From positions 1 to 30,419 of IMG/VR virus record IMGVR_UViG_3300006120_000064: a DNA stretch of 30,419 bases. One strand, written 5' to 3'. Below, in pieces: positions 25,031 through 30,419 of this stretch. The DNA is from a virus (taxonomy: Duplodnaviria; Caudoviricetes). A program made the position numbers and the translations under genes. A model generated the notes under the pieces. It was not told the DNA's origin, searched no databases, and saw nothing but the letters and a program-made list of their open reading frames with translations. Numbering within the stretch: the stretch's first letter is position 1; every line of letters begins with the position of its first letter.

Positions 25031-25464
25031 TGCCTAGCAAGTACTCATCTGGCAGATGGGCGATTGCCGAATGTGACCGCTGCGGCCAACGGTACTTGCT
25101 CAAAGAGCTAAAAAAAGAAATTATCAAGACTAAGCTGTTCAACATCAAGGTATGTCCTGAGTGTTGGGATCCAGATCATCCACAGCTGAGTCTTGGACTT
25201 TATCCGGTTAACGACCCGCAGGCGGTCAGAGAACCTAGACCAGACGTTAGCTACCAAGCTGGTGGCACATCTGGATTGTTTACGAATCCTTATGATCCAG
25301 TTGTAACCAACGTTGACAACCAAGGGTTTGTGAGTGACGGTAGCCGTCAAACGCAATGGGGATGGAACCCTGTGGGTGGAGCAAGTCATTTTGATCGCAA
25401 AATCACTTCCAATGATTTGCTTTTGGCAATTACAATCGGGTCAGTCACTGTGACCACAACTTAG
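25030..25464 (+). CDS. Conserved protein with two CxxC motifs
   Basis: AECDRCG...VCPECWDPDHPQL...DPQAVREPRPD. Confidence 0.85.
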   Translation: MPSKYSSGRWAIAECDRCGQRYLLKELKKEIIKTKLFNIKVCPECWDPDHPQLSLGLYPVNDPQAVREPRPDVSYQAGGTSGLFTNPYDPVVTNVDNQGFVSDGSRQTQWGWNPVGGASHFDRKITSNDLLLAITIGSVTVTTT

Positions 25465-25473
25465 GAGCTAGAC

Positions 25474-25674
25474 ATGGCTAAACACGACGACGTAAAAGAG
25501 GACAAGAAGTTGATCAAAAAGGCTTTTAGTATGCACGACAAACAGTTGCATGAAAACAAAAAGACCAACTTGTCTAAACTGAAAAAGGGTGGTGTAGCTG
25601 GCGTGGCTAGTGAATCCATGAAATCTGTTGGACGTAACATGGCACGTGCTAACAATCAGCACGGAGGCAAATGA
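25474..25674 (+). CDS. Small basic protein with LKKGG
   Basis: AGGAG RBS; MK..GRNMARA.NQ. Confidence 0.8.
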   Translation: MAKHDDVKEDKKLIKKAFSMHDKQLHENKKTNLSKLKKGGVAGVASESMKSVGRNMARANNQHGGK

Positions 25675-25979
25675 TGAAGACCCAGATCAAACCTACCAAA
25701 AAGAATAGCCCTGCTGTTCATACAGGTCATGCCAAAAATAACAAAGACGCTGATGCTTATGCAAAGCCTCATACCAACAAAGCAAAAAGCATTGATGGCA
25801 ATGAAGTAATGGAGCATGGTGAATTTGCTCAATACAAAGCTGGAAAAAATGTCAACATTAAAGACCCAATTAAAAATGGTGTTGCTTATGGTGAAGCACA
25901 GCTTAAAACTGATGGTATTGAGATGCGTGGTGCAGGTGCTGCAACCAAAGGCCGCATGAGTCGTGGTCCAATGGCATAA
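25671..25979 (+). CDS. Small basic protein
   Basis: C-terminal GIEMRGAGAATKGRMSRGPMA. Confidence 0.8.
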   Translation: MMKTQIKPTKKNSPAVHTGHAKNNKDADAYAKPHTNKAKSIDGNEVMEHGEFAQYKAGKNVNIKDPIKNGVAYGEAQLKTDGIEMRGAGAATKGRMSRGPMA

Positions 25980-25988
25980 AGGTTCAAG

Positions 25989-26924
25989 ATGAACTACGTC
26001 CAGCTGTATCAAGCGATACAAGACTATGCGGAAACAACCGAAGCGACATTCGTTGCTAATATTCCTTTCTTCGTCATTGAAGCAGAAAATAGGATTTATA
26101 ACTCGGTTCAGCTGGCCGTATTGCGTAAAAACGTACTTGGTAACTTAACACAGTACAACCAGTATTTGACGCTTCCATCGGATTGGAAATCGAGTTTTTC
26201 AGTTGCGATTATTGATTCATCTGGAAACTACAACTACATCTTGAATAAAGATGTGAACTACATTCGGGCTGCCTATCCAAGCCCAACCGCATATGGAATG
26301 CCGCAGCACTATGCTTTGTTTGGTAATTCCACGTCAACAACTAATACTTTGACTTTGATCATGGGTCCAACGCCAGATCAAGCCTATAGTGTTGAGCTGC
26401 ATTACTTTTATTACCCAGCAACGATTGTCCAAGGGCAGATTACTACTGTTTCAATTGGATCTAGCGGTAGCTTGTATCAGCCGGGATATTACACAGAGGT
26501 TCCTGTGTCTTACAACTCTGGCAGCATTGGATCTGGAGCCAATGCAACTGCAACGGCGACAGTTAATAGTTCGGGTGCCGTGAGTGCTTTGACAATCACA
26601 AATGGTGGACAGTTTTACAACGTGGGCAATGTTTTGACAATCAGCAGTGCTTATTTGGGTGGAACGGGTTCTGGAGTGACATTTACAGTAACTGCTGTGT
26701 CTAACGCAGACGGCACGAGCTGGTTGGGTAATAACTATGATCCAGTTCTTTTCTATGGCGCAATGCGTGAAGCTGTGTTGTTCCAACGTCAAGAACAGGA
26801 TGTGGTGAAGTATTACGAAGACAAATATCAAGAGGCTCTTCAGCAGCTTAAACGTTTGGGCGATGGTTTGGATCGTGGCGATGCTTACCGAGATGGCCAG
26901 ACAAAACTGAGAGTTAAATCATGA
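25989..26924 (+). CDS. Putative adaptor/connector protein with an inserted beta-rich module
   Basis: MNY.QL..AIQDY.E...AENRIYN...P..YA.F...GPTPD..Y.VELHYFYYP [insert] SWLG.N....L.YG...D.YRDGQ. Confidence 0.75.
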   Translation: MNYVQLYQAIQDYAETTEATFVANIPFFVIEAENRIYNSVQLAVLRKNVLGNLTQYNQYLTLPSDWKSSFSVAIIDSSGNYNYILNKDVNYIRAAYPSPTAYGMPQHYALFGNSTSTTNTLTLIMGPTPDQAYSVELHYFYYPATIVQGQITTVSIGSSGSLYQPGYYTEVPVSYNSGSIGSGANATATATVNSSGAVSALTITNGGQFYNVGNVLTISSAYLGGTGSGVTFTVTAVSNADGTSWLGNNYDPVLFYGAMREAVLFQRQEQDVVKYYEDKYQEALQQLKRLGDGLDRGDAYRDGQTKLRVKS

Positions 26925-27364
26925 TCGTTCAAACCAACTGCACATGTTTTCAGCAAAATCTGTTGAGTGGTTTGGAGAATTTCTCTTCTGGTACACCTTA
27001 CACCTACAAGATTGCGCTGTACAACGCCAACGCAAACTTGGGAAGTTCTACTACCACCTATACCTCAACCAATGAGGTAGTTGGAACGGGCTATACGGCT
27101 GGTGGACAGGCTTTGACAATCTCCGTGACACCAACCAAGGACACGGTGAATAACATCACTTACATCTCGTTTAACAACGCTGTTTGGAACCCGGCATCGT
27201 TTACGGCAAGGGGTGCTCTTGTTTACAATGCAACGACAGGCGCAGCAGTATTTGTTTTGAACTTTGGTTCAGACAAAATATGCAACAGCTCGTTCACTGT
27301 TACTTTCCCAACTGCAAACTCATCCAGCGCAATTTTGACAATTGGCGGCAGCACAAACACTTAG
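26921..27364 (+). CDS. Virion structural protein
   Basis: YKIALY...TT.Y...NEV.GTGYTAGG..L...FTARGALVYN...VLNFGSDK...FP. Confidence 0.75.
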   Translation: MIVQTNCTCFQQNLLSGLENFSSGTPYTYKIALYNANANLGSSTTTYTSTNEVVGTGYTAGGQALTISVTPTKDTVNNITYISFNNAVWNPASFTARGALVYNATTGAAVFVLNFGSDKICNSSFTVTFPTANSSSAILTIGGSTNT

Positions 27365-27372
27365 GAGCTAAC

Positions 27373-27972
27373 ATGGCAAATGAAATTTCAAACTTTGGTG
27401 ACCACGCTGTTGCCACAATGCAGGCCAAGGCCACCATCCCCGAGGGCATGGGCGTTGAAGGCTGGTACCACGTTGAGTGCCGCGACAAAGATGGCAACCT
27501 GAAGTGGACTGATGAGTTCCCCAATTTGGTCGTTGCCATTGGCAAACAGTTGATGTTGGACACGCTGCTCAAAGGCAGCTCATACAGCGTCACAGGCCCC
27601 TTCCTTGGCTTGATCAGCAACACCTTTACTGCTGCAGCCACCGACACCATGGCATCGCATACATGGACTGAGTTCACCAACTACACCGTTGGCGGCTCGG
27701 CAGTGCGGGGTACAGCAGTATTTGCGTCGTCCACATCGACTGGCGCGACTCCTTCCAACGTGACATCCTCAACTGCTTCCGCCATCACATACACCATCAC
27801 TGGTTCTGGCGGTACGGTTTACGGCTGTTTTTTGGTGCTGGGTACTGGCGCCGTCAATACGCAAAGTTCTACTGCAGGTACTCTGTACTCGGAAGGTTTG
27901 TTCAGCACAGCCAAAGCAACAACTGCAGGTGATACCGTAAGTGTTACGTACAGCACAACAGCCACTTCTTAA
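27373..27972 (+). CDS. Virion structural protein
   Basis: ATG 27373 after AGGAG; VECRDKDGNLKW....NLVV..G...GDT..VTY. Confidence 0.75.
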   Translation: MANEISNFGDHAVATMQAKATIPEGMGVEGWYHVECRDKDGNLKWTDEFPNLVVAIGKQLMLDTLLKGSSYSVTGPFLGLISNTFTAAATDTMASHTWTEFTNYTVGGSAVRGTAVFASSTSTGATPSNVTSSTASAITYTITGSGGTVYGCFLVLGTGAVNTQSSTAGTLYSEGLFSTAKATTAGDTVSVTYSTTATS

Positions 27973-27982
27973 GGGGTGGTAG

Positions 27983-28642
27983 ATGTTTGGCATAGCCGCA
28001 TTTGCTAGAACTCCGTTTGCGACGCTTGGCAATAATGTCTATGCGTTTTCTATTACGGAAAACTTCGGTTCGGCAGATTTAAGTACGCAGGTTTTTGCGT
28101 TTCTTGAGACAATCACGGAAGTTTTCACTTCAGCCGATACAAATGCAGAATATGCTGTTTTGTATGAAGGCATTGTTGAAGGTTACAATTCTGCAGACTC
28201 CCCAACCATCAATGCGCAATTTAGTGTAAGTGATACAGAAGGATTTACTTCTGCTGAATCTGATGTAATTTCTGCTCAATTTGCAGCGTCGGTGGTGGAA
28301 ACGTTTACATCGGCTGATGTGGAAACAATTACCAATGCATTGTTTTTCACGATTGTTGAAAACTATTCTCCCGCTGCCGCCTACGTTGCTTCTGCTGCGT
28401 TTTTGGAATCTTTGGCTGAAAACATTTCGGTCAATGATGTGGATAGCATTGTTGCTCATTTTGCCGAGTCTATCCTTGAGGGCTTTGTTGCGGCAGAGCT
28501 TTATAGTTTGTATGGCTGGGCTGCAATTGTGGACTCTCAGGTTGCAAACTGGAATAATGTGGATGATACGCAAACCGTTTCATGGAGTGCGGTGGACACA
28601 GGAACTTCTGCTGGATGGACTGATGTCAATGACATCCAATAA
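27983..28642 (+). CDS. Acidic repeat-containing structural protein
   Basis: MFGIAAFA..PFA; about 19-aa repeats with E.F.SAD; Trp-spaced C terminus. Confidence 0.75.
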   Translation: MFGIAAFARTPFATLGNNVYAFSITENFGSADLSTQVFAFLETITEVFTSADTNAEYAVLYEGIVEGYNSADSPTINAQFSVSDTEGFTSAESDVISAQFAASVVETFTSADVETITNALFFTIVENYSPAAAYVASAAFLESLAENISVNDVDSIVAHFAESILEGFVAAELYSLYGWAAIVDSQVANWNNVDDTQTVSWSAVDTGTSAGWTDVNDIQ

Positions 28643-28651
28643 GGAAAGAAC

Positions 28652-28996
28652 ATGGCACTTGTTTTAGCAGATCGCGTACAACAGACAGGCACAGCCAATA
28701 CGACTGTCAGTTTTACCTTGTCAGGTTCTGTGACGGGGTTTCAATCTTTCACAGTCATTGGAAATGGAAATACAACGTATTACACTGCAACAGACAGTTC
28801 TGGAAACTGGGAAGTTGGCATTGGTACGTATTCAATTTCAGGGCCAACACTGACACGCACAACCATTTTGTCGTCAAGCAACTCTGGCAGTGCTGTGACA
28901 TTTTCGGGTGCACTCAGTGTGTGGTGTGACTATCCTGCAGAGCAGGTTGGTTTTGAACAAACAAACTCTTACGCTTATGCGTGGATCAATGGATAA
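28652..28996 (+). CDS. Tail fibre-associated protein (N-terminal-type domain)
   Basis: MALVLADRV...L.G...GFQSF..IGNGNTTYY...WEVGIGTY...TLTRTTILSSSNSG. Confidence 0.75.
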   Translation: MALVLADRVQQTGTANTTVSFTLSGSVTGFQSFTVIGNGNTTYYTATDSSGNWEVGIGTYSISGPTLTRTTILSSSNSGSAVTFSGALSVWCDYPAEQVGFEQTNSYAYAWING

Positions 28997-29005
28997 AGGC
29001 TGCTC

Positions 29006-30268
29006 ATGTTTATTTTAGACACAACATCAAAATCAATTACAGCGGTCATGTCCGGCGCTGCCGCCACCACAAATCCAAACTTCACTGCAGCCTACGCCGA
29101 CAACAACGGTTCAACATTTGTTGAGGGTGCAAACGACGGTGTTTTAAACGGCACCACTGCGGTAACTTTGGTTGCATCGCCATCGTCTTCAACTCGACGC
29201 ATTGTTAAAACAATCACCATCGAGAACACCGACACAGCGGCAGTCACCGTCACAGTTGGGTACGTAAACTCTGCCAGCACAAGAACAATTGTCAAAGTCA
29301 CTTTGCAGGTTGGGGATACTTGGACAACCGATGGAAGCTACGATACCAACGGCAACTTAAAACAGATCATTGGTACTGTCAACTTGGCAACTCAAGTTAC
29401 AGGCATCTTGGGTGTCGCAAACGGCGGTACAGGTTTGTCAAGCTTGACGGCCAACTATATTCCGTATGGCAACGGCACCAGCGCGTACCAATCAAGCTCA
29501 ACGTTTACATTCAACGGGACAACATTCGTTGCTCCTGCGGCGTCTTTGAGCATCTCTGCGCTGACATCGTCAAACACCAGCAACTTCCAAATTGGTGGCA
29601 CGCTAAGTTTCAGCGACACAGGCATTGTGTCAAATGGCGTTGGTACGACCAACAGTTATTTGCAAGCCGTCTTGCAAAACAAGTCAAACGGCACTGCCGC
29701 TTCGACTGAGTTCATTGTTTACAACGACTCAGGAACGGCCACAACCAACTTTGCCACTGCGGGTATCAACTCATCGGGTTACACTGGCACAGGCTCAATC
29801 AATGCCGCTGGGTATGCGTACTTTTTGTCTGGCAGCACCGACTTGGTATTGGGCACAATCGGCTCAAACGCAATTCACCTTGTGATTGGCAGCTCTGCGA
29901 CTGATGCGATGACCATCAACACGACAGGCATCACATCCATTCCAAGCACAACATACGCGCCAAACATCAACTTGACTGACGCTGCAACAATTGCTTGGGA
30001 CACCTCAAAAGGTCAAGTGGCAACATTCACGTTTGTTTCAACCAACCGCACCATGGGTGCACCAACAAACTTGTCCAACGGTGCGTTCTATGCCCTTGCG
30101 GTGATCCAGAATGGCGGATCAAATACGCTATCATGGAACTCAGTGTTTAAATGGGCAAACGGCACAGCACCAACTCTGTCAACTGCCGCTGGAGCAAAAG
30201 ATTACTTTGTGTTCAGAAGTGATGGCACAAACTTGTACCAACAAGGAATTTCACAGGCGGTGGCGTAA
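29006..30268 (+). CDS. Tail fibre protein
   Basis: VTGILGVANGGTGL and C-terminal LTDAATIAWD...NRTMGAPTN...FKWANGTAPTLST.A.AKD. Confidence 0.75.
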   Translation: MFILDTTSKSITAVMSGAAATTNPNFTAAYADNNGSTFVEGANDGVLNGTTAVTLVASPSSSTRRIVKTITIENTDTAAVTVTVGYVNSASTRTIVKVTLQVGDTWTTDGSYDTNGNLKQIIGTVNLATQVTGILGVANGGTGLSSLTANYIPYGNGTSAYQSSSTFTFNGTTFVAPAASLSISALTSSNTSNFQIGGTLSFSDTGIVSNGVGTTNSYLQAVLQNKSNGTAASTEFIVYNDSGTATTNFATAGINSSGYTGTGSINAAGYAYFLSGSTDLVLGTIGSNAIHLVIGSSATDAMTINTTGITSIPSTTYAPNINLTDAATIAWDTSKGQVATFTFVSTNRTMGAPTNLSNGAFYALAVIQNGGSNTLSWNSVFKWANGTAPTLSTAAGAKDYFVFRSDGTNLYQQGISQAVA

Positions 30269-30419
30269 TGACGTTTCCAGTTTTATCTGCAAGCAACCCA
30301 AGTGGCTACAACCTCAACCGCAGCTTGCGGTTTCGTTCGTCTGCGTCTGCTTCTTTAACAAAAACTCTAACGACTCCAACAAACGGCAAAATTTGGACGA
30401 TGAGTTTTTGGTGCAAAAT
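30268..30419 (+). CDS. 5' part of a LamG/concanavalin A-like tail protein (runs off the window)
   Basis: MTFPVLSASNPSGYNLNRSLRFRSSASASLTKT...WTMSFWCK. Confidence 0.7.
   Translation, partial: MTFPVLSASNPSGYNLNRSLRFRSSASASLTKTLTTPTNGKIWTMSFWCK

Noticed and set aside
28994-29008. In-frame TAA between two tail genes as a read-through or recoding site
   Set aside because: The same 9-nt in-frame gap occurs at several ordinary junctions (25464/25474, 25979/25989, 28642/28652), and long genes are intact under the standard code.
19310-30419. Diversity-generating retroelement or invertible tail-fibre cassette
   Set aside because: No reverse transcriptase or recombinase gene, and no long near-identical or inverted nucleotide repeats were noticed.

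Overview
About 30 kb of a tailed dsDNA phage genome. It is podovirus-like with a Mu gpT-type major capsid protein and resembles uncultured freshwater phages of Betaproteobacteria; the host is an inference. Layout: (1) 1-5308 (+): small genes, a dense non-coding RNA region (about 870-1465), HNH, SF2 helicase and Toprim primase. (2) 5244-9061 (-): an operon of about 14 small early genes. (3) 9061-9420: a divergent promoter region. (4) 9421-18384 (+): terS, a LexA-like HTH, terL, portal, GroES-like protein, scaffold, decoration protein and capsid. (5) 18547-end (+): virion and tail genes, including a cluster of small basic, His-rich proteins with repeated x-x-GG motifs. The most striking content is an RNA-level regulatory layer. 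A promoter-to-terminator small RNA (about 1239-1323) has two hairpin loops complementary to shared ribosome-binding leaders of several phage genes. A canonical type I hammerhead ribozyme (7775-7826, -) would cut just upstream of one of those leaders. There is also an interlocking array of repeated structured RNAs ending in a C4-like RNA, a pseudoknotted attenuator-like leader, and a probable Mu-gpT-DE RNA after the capsid gene. No integrase, DNA polymerase, tRNA or CRISPR array was seen. All family names come from motif recognition, not database searches.
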